From NCBI GenBank assembly GCA_024278645.1, contig JAJRST010000546.1:1-34603 (forward strand): DNA of 34,603 nt, in the 5' to 3' direction. The stretch is from a bacterium (GTDB taxonomy: Bacteria > Zhuqueibacterota > Zhuqueibacteria > Residuimicrobiales > Krinioviventaceae). Below, piece after piece: positions 8,446 through 16,078 of the stretch. The notes beneath the pieces are model-generated. The model had not been told where the DNA came from and did no database searches. It saw only the letters and a program-made list of their open reading frames with translations. Position 1 is the stretch's first letter. Each line of letters starts with the position of its first letter. A program made the position numbers and the translations under genes.

Positions 8446-9846
8446 TTGGAGATGTTTATTGTGGAAGAAAAAAGAAGACCAAAAATATTGATTGTCGATG
8501 ACGACAAGAATATTTGCAAGATGATTGAGGCAAGTCTTCGAAAAGAGAGAAAGTACGATATAAATACAGCGTTGAGCGGCGAAGCGTGTTTAAAGATTAT
8601 TAAAGAAGAGTTGCCGGATCTTTGCCTGGTTGACATCCAAATGCCGGGCATCGATGGCATCGAAACCCTGAAGCGAATCAAGGAAGAAGATCCTCGCGTG
8701 CCGGTGATCATGATGACAGCGCACGGCACCATCGAGCGCGCGGTGAACTCGATGAAACTCGGCGCCTACGACTTGTTGACAAAGCCGTTCGCGCGCGACC
8801 GCTTGCTGGTTACTGTTCAAAACGCCCTGATCAACAGCTCACTGCAAAGAGAAGTAAGCGAACTGCGTTCAGAGTTGAAAAGCAAATACACTTTTTCGAA
8901 TATTGTCGGTCAAAGCGGCATCATGCAGGATGTCTTTCGGTCGGTAGAAAAAGTTATGGACAGCAATGTAACCGTTTTGATTCAGGGCGAGAGCGGCACC
9001 GGCAAAGAGCTTATTGCGCGGGCGATACACTACCATTCTAAAACGAGAGCGAACAAACCATTTGTCGCCGTCAATTGTTCCGCGTTGCCTGAATCTTTGC
9101 TCGAGAGCGAGCTCTTTGGTCACGAGAAAGGTTCTTTTACGGGCGCCGCGGGACGTCGAATCGGCAAGTTTGAACAGGCCAATGGCGGCACTATTTTTCT
9201 CGATGAGATCGGCTTGATGACGCCGGCAACGCAATCCAAAATTCTGCGCATTCTGCAGGAGCGCGAATTTGAACGAGTCGGCGGCAATGAATTAATAAAG
9301 GTCAATGTTCGCGTCATTTCCGCCACCAATAAAGATCTGGAAGAAGAAATGAAAAACGGAACTTTTCGCGAAGACTTGTTTTATCGCATTTCTGTTTTTC
9401 CGATTAAATTACCGGCCCTTCGTGAGCGCAAGGAAGACATTCCTCTCCTCGCAGCTCATTTCCTGAAAAAATATAATGAACAAGAAGGAAAAGAGGTTGA
9501 CGGCATCTCTTCGGATGCACTGGACCTTTTAATGGCTTATAATTGGCCCGGCAATGTCCGCGAACTTGAGAATGCCATGGAACGCGCCGTTGTGCTTGCC
9601 AACAGCTACGAAATCACAGCCAAAGAGCTGCCGCCTGCTGTCCGCTCACTGGGTGAAAAACGAATATACGAATCCGACAACACGCTGGCTAGTTGGATTG
9701 AAAAGTTAGAAGAGCAGGCGCTGCGTCAAGCATTGCTCGAATGCGAAGGAAATATCTCCAAAACCGCAAAACAGTTAGGCATCGGCAGGGCGACCATCTA
9801 TCGCAAGGCAAAAAAATACGGGCTTCCGATGGTCAAGACGAGTTGA
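8446..9846 (+). CDS. Sigma54-dependent Fis-family response regulator (NtrC class: REC + AAA+ + HTH_8)
   Basis: Canonical receiver (ILIVDDD, LVDIQMPGIDG, MMTAHG, TKPF). Walker A GESGTGKE. Sigma54-contact loop ESELFGHEKGSFTGA. Walker B IFLDEIG. C-terminal ISKTAKQLGIGRATIYRKAKKYG. The start is uncertain (TTG 8446, ATG 8452 or GTG 8461). Confidence 0.93.
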   Translation: MEMFIVEEKRRPKILIVDDDKNICKMIEASLRKERKYDINTALSGEACLKIIKEELPDLCLVDIQMPGIDGIETLKRIKEEDPRVPVIMMTAHGTIERAVNSMKLGAYDLLTKPFARDRLLVTVQNALINSSLQREVSELRSELKSKYTFSNIVGQSGIMQDVFRSVEKVMDSNVTVLIQGESGTGKELIARAIHYHSKTRANKPFVAVNCSALPESLLESELFGHEKGSFTGAAGRRIGKFEQANGGTIFLDEIGLMTPATQSKILRILQEREFERVGGNELIKVNVRVISATNKDLEEEMKNGTFREDLFYRISVFPIKLPALRERKEDIPLLAAHFLKKYNEQEGKEVDGISSDALDLLMAYNWPGNVRELENAMERAVVLANSYEITAKELPPAVRSLGEKRIYESDNTLASWIEKLEEQALRQALLECEGNISKTAKQLGIGRATIYRKAKKYGLPMVKTS

Positions 9847-9872
9847 TTTTCACTTCACGTTTTGTGGTTTAT

Positions 9873-9911
9873 GGGCGAATCCCTTCTTAAGGGTTCGCCC
9901 ATTTTTGTTTT
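9873..9911 (+). terminator. Rho-independent terminator after the activator gene
   Basis: Stem gggcgaa(t)ccc / gggttcgccc with one bulged base, 7-nt loop, followed by atttttgtttt. Confidence 0.6.
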
Positions 9912-9954
9912 AGTGTGATACACTGTTTCGCTTGTACACAGCCCTTGTGTTACA
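9912..9954. promoter_or_regulatory. Candidate upstream activator sites (inverted repeats)
   Basis: AGTGT-gat-ACACT (9912-9924) and the imperfect inverted repeat TGTACACA-gccct-TGTGTTACA (9933-9954). Their centres lie about 105 and 80 nt upstream of the -24 GG, the usual distance for enhancer-binding-protein sites. Confidence 0.25.
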
Positions 9955-10021
9955 ATCCTCCGAATGAGCTTCATTTACCCCCTGTTTTTAAAGATTTACA
10001 GCGTAACAACATGCTAAAAAG

Positions 10022-10036
10022 TGGTATGTAATTTGC
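10022..10036 (+). promoter_or_regulatory. Candidate sigma54 (-24/-12) promoter
   Basis: TGGTATGTAATTTGC versus consensus TGGCACG-N4-TTGC. GG and GC are separated by exactly 10 nt, and only two defined positions differ. It lies directly downstream of a sigma54 activator gene and about 135 nt upstream of the next long ORF. Confidence 0.55.
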
Positions 10037-10105
10037 TTAAAACAGTTCATCAGAAATGCATCGTTTTCTGCCAAGTGTGTGGGCGCCATTTCTGAGAACC
10101 CGCAG

Positions 10106-10168
10106 ATGGATGCTATCTGTAACGAGTGTGGCAGAGTTTCTAATGTGAAGTGCGGGGAATGCGGATAG
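10106..10168 (+). CDS. Possible 20-aa zinc-ribbon-like leader peptide (MDAICNECGRVSNVKCGECG)
   Basis: ATG..TAG mini-ORF with a CxxCG-x6-CxxCG pattern. It is in the same frame as the downstream 369-aa ORF and separated from it by only TAG plus one codon. No clear RBS. Confidence 0.2.
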   Translation: MDAICNECGRVSNVKCGECG

Positions 10169-10171
10169 CAA

Positions 10172-11281
10172 GTGACTCAAATGAAGTTGGGAACAATGGA
10201 GAAAACAAGTTTAGCTCAGTTGGTACGCGATATTTGTGCAGGCGATTATTCCCAGGCACAATTGGTTGAATTCATTAATTTGACTCAGAAAATCTCTCTC
10301 GGATATCTCAAATACCAGGAAATTATTGGTAAGCGAATATCCGGCGAGCGGGTTGATACAACACTAGAGTTGCAAGACCTTGCGGTTGATTGTATTGCAG
10401 AGCTGTTCAGCGGCGATGGAAATGGCAACTTCCCGCAGCTTAAAAAGTATTATGAACCCAAATATGAAGAAACTCAAAATATTGACGACGCCGAGGTTCT
10501 TATTTTAACTCGCCGGTTGGTGGTGCGCAAGACAAAGCAGGAGCTGTCACGAATTTTCCGGGAACGCGATCCGGAGGGCGCCAAAATTGTTCGCAACATA
10601 AAGGTCGCTATTCGGACATCCGAAAAGCTTGCCATGTTCGCTGACTTGGGTAAAGAATATGTTTTTTATAAAAATGGCCTCGAATTAAATCCGAATGAAC
10701 CTGTCGACGTCGATTTGATCGCCGGCTATTTGCGCAGAAAGAACCCCCCCATTCCTGAAGACCTGCTGCACACACGTTTTATTGACATTTATAATCCTTC
10801 CGATTCTGTTTCGAGTTCCATCCGAAAATTGCTGAGGACCGTTCACGATTTTAACGACTATCAGAACTTTCTGCCGATAGAAGTGATCGTAAAATTAATA
10901 CGACGAGTGAAATTCAATGCCGTTAAAGAAAAACTTGCCGCCGATGATTCCGTTCCCACTCCTCTTGATGTGCTGGAAGTCAAAGAGATCGAGAGCTATA
11001 TAGATGTGGTGATGGAAAAAGTCGAAAGAAAAATAAACACACAGTACCTTCGTTCCAATAAACTGGATTATCAACGCGCAGAGATTTATGCCAAAGCTCT
11101 GAGAGATGTTTTAAACGACCTCATCCAAAAAAAGGACAATTCATCGTACTTTAGGAATCTTCGATTCTACTTGCCTGAACTTACGCAGAGAGAATACCGA
11201 CAGAATGAAAGATCGGTGTTCGAATATCTTGCCAAAGTTGCCAAAAGAGAGTTTCGGAAACATTTAAAAGAATTGCTTTAA
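10172..11281 (+). CDS. Hypothetical protein; divergent sigma70/ECF-like factor with a long insertion between region-2-like and region-4-like segments (tentative)
   Basis: The N-terminus LAQLVRDICAGDYSQAQLVEFINLTQKISLGYLKY...LQDLAVDCIAELF...LILTRRLVVRKTKQELSRIF follows the ECF region 2 pattern (L..LV...GD..A...L......Y......D.AQD...E.F......IARN...D..R). The C-terminus LPELTQREYR...YLAKVAKREFRKHLKELL resembles region 4. Start is GTG 10172, or ATG 10181/10196. Coding status is solid; the function is inferred. Confidence 0.55.
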   Translation: MTQMKLGTMEKTSLAQLVRDICAGDYSQAQLVEFINLTQKISLGYLKYQEIIGKRISGERVDTTLELQDLAVDCIAELFSGDGNGNFPQLKKYYEPKYEETQNIDDAEVLILTRRLVVRKTKQELSRIFRERDPEGAKIVRNIKVAIRTSEKLAMFADLGKEYVFYKNGLELNPNEPVDVDLIAGYLRRKNPPIPEDLLHTRFIDIYNPSDSVSSSIRKLLRTVHDFNDYQNFLPIEVIVKLIRRVKFNAVKEKLAADDSVPTPLDVLEVKEIESYIDVVMEKVERKINTQYLRSNKLDYQRAEIYAKALRDVLNDLIQKKDNSSYFRNLRFYLPELTQREYRQNERSVFEYLAKVAKREFRKHLKELL

Positions 11282-11384
11282 ATTTTTCCGTAAAATCTGT
11301 TTCTTGTCTGTACTCTTTAATAGTTTTTCACCAAAAAGGTGATGGACAATTAAACGGTCACTTTGGCAAAAAGATCTGTGTATT

Positions 11385-12056
11385 ATGAAAAAACAAGAAA
11401 CGACCTTCAAAGGTAGTTGTGAGCACAGCAACCTAACGGAATTGCTGTATCTGGGCCAACTTGAAAATGAAGAGGAAAAAAAGCTCGCCCAACTTCATTT
11501 ACAACAGTGCCCTGTTTGCAAGAGGACATTTTCAGAACTTGAGCAACAATATCGATTTATAGAAAAAGAGATTCAAAAACCGGTCACAAATAAAACATTG
11601 GATCTGGCGAAGGAGGTAGGCTCAAAGGATACAAAGTATGGGCTTTTGATTTGTGAACCGGTCGAATCGGCAAAGACGAACAAAAAGGCGGCGCCTTACA
11701 AAGCCAAAGTCCTTTTTACCGCCAATGGCGCCGGAAATACAAAGAATAAAAAACTGGCCGATTTTAATCTAAAGTCTCTACCTGAAGACAGCATTGCTAT
11801 TCGGGCTATGACCGACAAAAAGTGTAATAAACTGTTGTTGTATCTTTGGAGTCCTCAAAATGAAGACTTTGACGGTTGGGAGCTTAAAATTTCGGGAGAG
11901 GCAAAGGCAGTTTTTAATCTGTCAGGCATGTCTCAGATTCCCCTGATGGAAATTGAAGATCTGAATGGAAAAGTGATCTATTTCAAAGAAAGGCAAACGG
12001 CATTCGCATCCGGAAATAGATTTACAAATATAAAGAGTTCAATCACGACTCTGTAA
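11385..12056 (+). CDS. Anti-sigma-factor-like protein with zf-HC2 motif, apparently soluble
   Basis: CEHSNLTELLYLGQLENEEEKKLAQLHLQQCPVCKRTF carries H-x3-C-x2-C (HLQQCPVC) plus an upstream Cys/His pair, as in ZAS-type anti-sigma N-terminal domains. No hydrophobic transmembrane segment is visible in the 223 aa. Confidence 0.6.
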   Translation: MKKQETTFKGSCEHSNLTELLYLGQLENEEEKKLAQLHLQQCPVCKRTFSELEQQYRFIEKEIQKPVTNKTLDLAKEVGSKDTKYGLLICEPVESAKTNKKAAPYKAKVLFTANGAGNTKNKKLADFNLKSLPEDSIAIRAMTDKKCNKLLLYLWSPQNEDFDGWELKISGEAKAVFNLSGMSQIPLMEIEDLNGKVIYFKERQTAFASGNRFTNIKSSITTL

Positions 12057-12072
12057 AAATTAAAGTTCTTTT

Positions 12073-12103
12073 AAAAGCCGGATGCATATCCGGCTTTTTT
12101 TTT
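12073..12103 (+). terminator. Strong rho-independent terminator
   Basis: aaaa-gccgga-tgcata-tccggc followed by T9 (12095-12103). The A-tract/T-tract extends the stem. Confidence 0.85.
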
Positions 12104-12181
12104 GATAAATAGCTTGCTTTGGTTTCCAATTTTAGATACATTTTTTCATAAGATATTGGAAAAATATATACTTGGCCATCT

Positions 12182-13954
12182 ATGAACGAGCGCAGCATAC
12201 TTATCGTCGACAGCGACCAAAAGAACCTCATGGTTATGGAAGCAAATTTCCGGGAGGCCTCATTCGTTACGGCAACTGCAAAAAGTGACAATGAAGCTTT
12301 GAGGATCCTTAAAGACGATTCGTTCAACATAGTGCTGTGCGCCCTAAGCGCCCCTAATATTGATGGTTACCAGGTGCTCAAGGAAATTCAGCGAAATCCG
12401 GCAAAAGAGGGGCCGCATGTTATTTTTCTCTCAATTAAAAGCGATATTTGGAATCGAGTCAAAAGCCTGAAGCTAGGGGCGAAGGACTATATTGTCAAGC
12501 CGGTCCACGCAAGCGAAGTTTTGGCCAGGGTCAATATGGTTATCAGGCGGTTGCAGCGAGAGGGGGAAAGGCAAACGTCCGTGAACAACCAAATCAGTGG
12601 ACGTCTGGAAGACCTTGCCGTGATCGACTTGATTGAAATTTTTGGAGCAGAGAAAAAAACGGGTATTTTAACCATTAATAATGAAAACGGTCATAGTGGG
12701 CAAATCGTATTCAACCGGGGGCAGGTTATTAGCACCAACACACAAGCACTGCGATCTGAAGAAGCTGTATATAAAATGATGCATTGGAATCGCGGACGGT
12801 TTTCCATGCTGTTCACGGATGTGCATGTGGAAGATGAATTTACAATAAGCAATATGGGGCTTTTATTGCAAGGAGCCAAAAGGATGGACCTTAGAAATGA
12901 ACTATTGAAACAACTTCCTTCGCTCGAGGCTGTAGTCATCACTACTTCAAATTTTAAAAAAATAACATCTCAGAAAGAGATGAACAGCGAACTCAAGGAG
13001 TTTTTGACTCTCTTTGATGGCGAGAGAACGCTAGGTCGAATTCTTGACGATAGTCATGAAAATGAGATTGTGACATTGAAGAGAATGGTAAAATTATATA
13101 AATTGGGCTTCCTGCATGTCCTTCGAAATTTTTCCAAAGAACGCCCCTTGCAATTCCGATCCGAGCAAGAGGAAGAACATCCGCAATATGTTCCTTTTGA
13201 CGTCTCCGGGGATTTCGAAGATGAGCTAGAGGAAGACGAATCCGCCTCGGAGAGCGATGAACTTCAATCTCGACCGCTTTCGGACTCCGGGGCCGGCGAT
13301 TTCGATTTAAACGACGAGGAAACCTTTCTTGCATCCGACGAGCAAGATGCTTTTAAAAAGAGTCCCCAACCCCGGGAGGATGCTGACGCGGCCGGCCATC
13401 GAGAGGAGCAAAGCGTTACAGACCGATCCGGCGCCGGCAAGAATCTCATTGTGATAAGCACAAAGCCAAAACATCTCAAGCTTTTTATTGAAAACCTGGC
13501 TTCTGATGTTGAAAAAACCGACGTCAAACCGAATGCGGCAAACATATACTTGGGGGCCGTAAAGTTGCGAGGCGGCGCCAGCGTTAATGTACTCGGTATG
13601 ACCCCGGATGAGGCGGTGACGGATATGATGCTCCATTTTTCCAAACTTACCCTTGGTTGTATGTTGCTCATCGACAGCGCCTCGGCGAATTGGAACTATC
13701 ACAGGTATCTCTACAAAACATTGCGCAAGAAACTGAATGTGCCTATTCTCATTGTTTGCATCGATGGCGAGCATGAGATAGATTTGCAATCCAAAAAAAT
13801 ACGCGACCAGATGGAAATTGATAAAGATACGCCCGTGCGCTTTATTTCCGCAATTGATCCCAACAGCGTACGTCGCGTGCTTTTCACTTTGCTGAATGCT
13901 TCTGCAAATGAAAAGATGCCTGAACCCCAAAGAGAAAGCTTTGCGACAAAGTGA
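12182..13954 (+). CDS. Pseudo-receiver (REC) - DUF4388/PATAN - acidic linker - degenerate Ras/MglA-like GTPase-fold fusion protein
   Basis: REC is aa 5-125, with Ala54 (GCC 12341-12343) where CheY has Asp57 (IVLCALSAPNIDG vs FVISDWNMPNMDG); the conserved Lys (IVKPV) is present. The DUF4388 signature is LEDLAVIDLIEIFGAEKKTGILTINNENGHSGQIVFNRGQVI...EEAVYKMMHWNRGRFSM. An Asp/Glu-rich linker spans aa ~326-415. The C-terminal ~155 aa have GTPase-like strand/loop order but no GxxxxGK[ST] (LIVISTKPKHLKLF). Confidence 0.75.
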   Translation: MNERSILIVDSDQKNLMVMEANFREASFVTATAKSDNEALRILKDDSFNIVLCALSAPNIDGYQVLKEIQRNPAKEGPHVIFLSIKSDIWNRVKSLKLGAKDYIVKPVHASEVLARVNMVIRRLQREGERQTSVNNQISGRLEDLAVIDLIEIFGAEKKTGILTINNENGHSGQIVFNRGQVISTNTQALRSEEAVYKMMHWNRGRFSMLFTDVHVEDEFTISNMGLLLQGAKRMDLRNELLKQLPSLEAVVITTSNFKKITSQKEMNSELKEFLTLFDGERTLGRILDDSHENEIVTLKRMVKLYKLGFLHVLRNFSKERPLQFRSEQEEEHPQYVPFDVSGDFEDELEEDESASESDELQSRPLSDSGAGDFDLNDEETFLASDEQDAFKKSPQPREDADAAGHREEQSVTDRSGAGKNLIVISTKPKHLKLFIENLASDVEKTDVKPNAANIYLGAVKLRGGASVNVLGMTPDEAVTDMMLHFSKLTLGCMLLIDSASANWNYHRYLYKTLRKKLNVPILIVCIDGEHEIDLQSKKIRDQMEIDKDTPVRFISAIDPNSVRRVLFTLLNASANEKMPEPQRESFATK

Positions 13955-15156
13955 GCTACCAGACTTCATTTCACATATTGGTTTTGGACAAGCTTTCTGT
14001 AGAAGTTGAGCGACTGTTGCAACTCTTAAAAGACAGCGGTTACAAGGTCACCCATACTGCGGATTCCCAGGAGGCGTTGCGGCTTTGCCTGGCAAGCGCC
14101 CCGGACTTGATCATTGTCAATATTGATGAAAGAGACAGGGAAAACATTGATTTTTTTCGACAAGCCAAGAGTCATTTTTCCACGCGCTCGACGCCGATTA
14201 TCATAACAACCGAAGCTGCTGACCATCGCAAGCGGGTCGAGTACATTGAGATGGGGGCGGACGATTTGGTGTTAAAGCCTTATTATCCTGAAGAGGTTGT
14301 CGCCAGAGTGGGCAACATTTTTCAAGACTATAAAAGCCCTCTTATTTCAAAAACTGTCGAGCGCGGCTTTGTGGGCAATCTTGGTGAAATGGACCTGATC
14401 GACCTGATTCAAACGATGGAGCTTGGCGGGAAGTCGGGGGTTATTCATCTCAATCGAGGCGATAAGGAAGGCCAGGTTTATATTTATAAAGGCAAAATCG
14501 TCGACGCGGTTGTCGAAGATTATAATTCAGTCGAGCGGGCTTTTCTGCACATGCTTACGTGGATTAACGGGACTTTTTATGTGATTTTCCAAGATGTGGC
14601 GGTCAACAAGCCGTTGACGGACAATAACCAGGAATTATTCGACGAGGCGACAAAAATTATAGATCAATGGCGAAAGGTGACCGGAGATCTGCCATCGCTT
14701 CATACGCAACTTGTTGCCGTGAGCGACAAACCGGCTCATTCGTTGGACTACCAGGAAAAGCAGATGCTCGCTGCTTTTAAGGAACCGCGCACAATTTTGC
14801 AGGCGATTGATCACAGCGAATATGACGACATTGCCGGCTTGAAGATCATAAAATCCTTGTTGGAAATGGGCTTGTTGATCGAACAGGAAGTTTCATACAG
14901 CGAAGAAAAAAATAAAGCCAGTTTGTCGCATTTAAACGGGCTTGGGCCGCGCCGATTCAAAAACAAATATTCGCATATTTTTGCCATTTTTCAAAGAAAT
15001 AAAAAGGGCCGGGACGAATTGACGCCGCCTCGCACCTCTGTCGCCGGCGCTGCTGCTGAAATGCAGCAGATTGTCGCGCCGAAAAATAAAATTCATAATC
15101 GCATTCGCCTGACAAAGGCAGAACTGTTATTGATTCGTCAGAAACTTGGCGCCTGA
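13951..15156 (+). CDS. REC-like - DUF4388/PATAN domain protein (paralogue of the N-terminal two-thirds of the preceding gene)
   Basis: The GTG start overlaps the upstream stop (GTGA). The receiver-like N-terminus keeps T and K (IIITTEA, LVLKPY), but the acceptor region reads LIIVNIDERD (Asn57, with Asp two residues later). DUF4388 signature: LGEMDLIDLIQTMELGGKSGVIHLNRGDKEGQVYIYKGKIVDA...ERAFLHMLTWINGTFYV. Confidence 0.75.
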   Translation: MSYQTSFHILVLDKLSVEVERLLQLLKDSGYKVTHTADSQEALRLCLASAPDLIIVNIDERDRENIDFFRQAKSHFSTRSTPIIITTEAADHRKRVEYIEMGADDLVLKPYYPEEVVARVGNIFQDYKSPLISKTVERGFVGNLGEMDLIDLIQTMELGGKSGVIHLNRGDKEGQVYIYKGKIVDAVVEDYNSVERAFLHMLTWINGTFYVIFQDVAVNKPLTDNNQELFDEATKIIDQWRKVTGDLPSLHTQLVAVSDKPAHSLDYQEKQMLAAFKEPRTILQAIDHSEYDDIAGLKIIKSLLEMGLLIEQEVSYSEEKNKASLSHLNGLGPRRFKNKYSHIFAIFQRNKKGRDELTPPRTSVAGAAAEMQQIVAPKNKIHNRIRLTKAELLLIRQKLGA

Positions 15157-15157
15157 A

Positions 15158-15670
15158 ATGTCGTTTTTAAGCATACAAAAAGATACACATCGTATCGGCG
15201 AGTTTATCGTCGCCGGCCCCTCGTTGACATTGCAGAAGAGGTTTATTACGCATCTGTGTAATGAAGTTATCATCACCAATAACAACACGGTGTTTGGCAG
15301 AAGCAAGGTGACCGACGAATTGCAACTGTTTTTTTACGGCATTGGCGAAAAGGAGCAATATGTTGATTTTGCGTGGGACCTCCTGGCGCCGAAAATGCTC
15401 GGCTATATTCTGGTTTTCAACTGGTATGATGGCAACGAATTTTCAAGCGCTCAACAGTTGCTGGACGAGTTGTCGTCGCAAATCGATTGCCACGGCATTG
15501 TGGTCGGGGATGTCTCCGAAATGTCCCTGCCCATTGACCCGAAAATTTACGAACAGGGTTTTTCTTTCTCCCCCAAACTTTATTTTACGCTTTGGGATTC
15601 AACAATAAAATCGGATGCAAAAAATGTATTGAAAATTCTGGTGGATTCGTTAATCAACCATTTTGAGTAA
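15158..15670 (+). CDS. Small GTPase-fold-like protein with degenerate nucleotide-binding motifs (tentative)
   Basis: ATG 15158 lies 1 nt after the upstream stop. EFIVAGPSLTLQKRFI sits where MglA-type GTPases have KIVYYGPGLSGKTT. LFFYGIGEKEQ corresponds to DxxGQ, GYILVFNWYD to the G..FV.DS strand, and IVVGDVSE to NKxD. Similar in layout to the C-terminal module of the 590-aa protein. Confidence 0.5.
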   Translation: MSFLSIQKDTHRIGEFIVAGPSLTLQKRFITHLCNEVIITNNNTVFGRSKVTDELQLFFYGIGEKEQYVDFAWDLLAPKMLGYILVFNWYDGNEFSSAQQLLDELSSQIDCHGIVVGDVSEMSLPIDPKIYEQGFSFSPKLYFTLWDSTIKSDAKNVLKILVDSLINHFE

Positions 15671-15672
15671 AG

Positions 15673-16068
15673 ATGATAGAAAGCTATTCAAATACAAGCG
15701 TCGCCGTTCACCCCGGCGTCCAGTTGCAGTTTTTACGCTACCTGCTGATGGGCTTGTCTCCGAACCCGTTAATTGAAAATATGGAGGCGGTCGAGTTGGC
15801 GGCGGTTTATGATTATATCTGGGAAAAGGCGCTGGAAATAGGCATTCGCGTCAAGGGCGATCGTTTTTCGCAAACCGATATGTTGAAAAGGCTGAAATCG
15901 GTTGAACAGTATAAAATGGAAGTTGACTGCACCGAACCGGGGCAGCGATGTATATCCGAAGAGTGCCTCCTTAAAGAGGCCGCTTGCGTTAAAACAAGGT
16001 TAAAGGAACAATTTAACCGACTTTATAATATGGTTTCGGAATACTTGGGCATTGAATTTAAAGCATAA
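15673..16068 (+). CDS. Hypothetical 131-aa protein, likely helical, with a C-x6-C-x4-C-x6-C cluster
   Basis: The start is 2 nt after the upstream stop, which suggests translational coupling. Cys cluster: CTEPGQRCISEECLLKEAAC. I recognise no family. Confidence 0.5.
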   Translation: MIESYSNTSVAVHPGVQLQFLRYLLMGLSPNPLIENMEAVELAAVYDYIWEKALEIGIRVKGDRFSQTDMLKRLKSVEQYKMEVDCTEPGQRCISEECLLKEAACVKTRLKEQFNRLYNMVSEYLGIEFKA

Positions 16069-16078
16069 AATAATTTTC

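Noticed and set aside
10166-10168. TAG read as a sense codon (stop-codon reassignment) joining the Cys-rich mini-ORF to the 369-aa ORF
   Set aside because: TAG clearly terminates ssb right after the canonical DDLPF tail (28036-28038). It also ends msbA and nupC, so general reassignment is not supported.
11328-11342. Small hairpin tcacc-aaaaa-ggtga between the sigma-like and anti-sigma-like genes, considered as a terminator
   Set aside because: It has only a 5-bp stem and no T-tract, so it is not convincing as a terminator or attenuator.
12043-12330. 95-aa ORF on the - strand spanning the 12073 terminator and the start of the 590-aa gene
   Set aside because: It runs through a strong terminator hairpin and an AT-rich promoter region, and it overlaps a well-supported + strand start. 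Its translation has no motifs.
13307-13969. 220-aa ORF on the - strand inside the 590-aa gene
   Set aside because: It lies opposite a gene whose reading frame is supported by recognisable domains on both sides and by tight coupling to the next gene. Its translation has no motifs.
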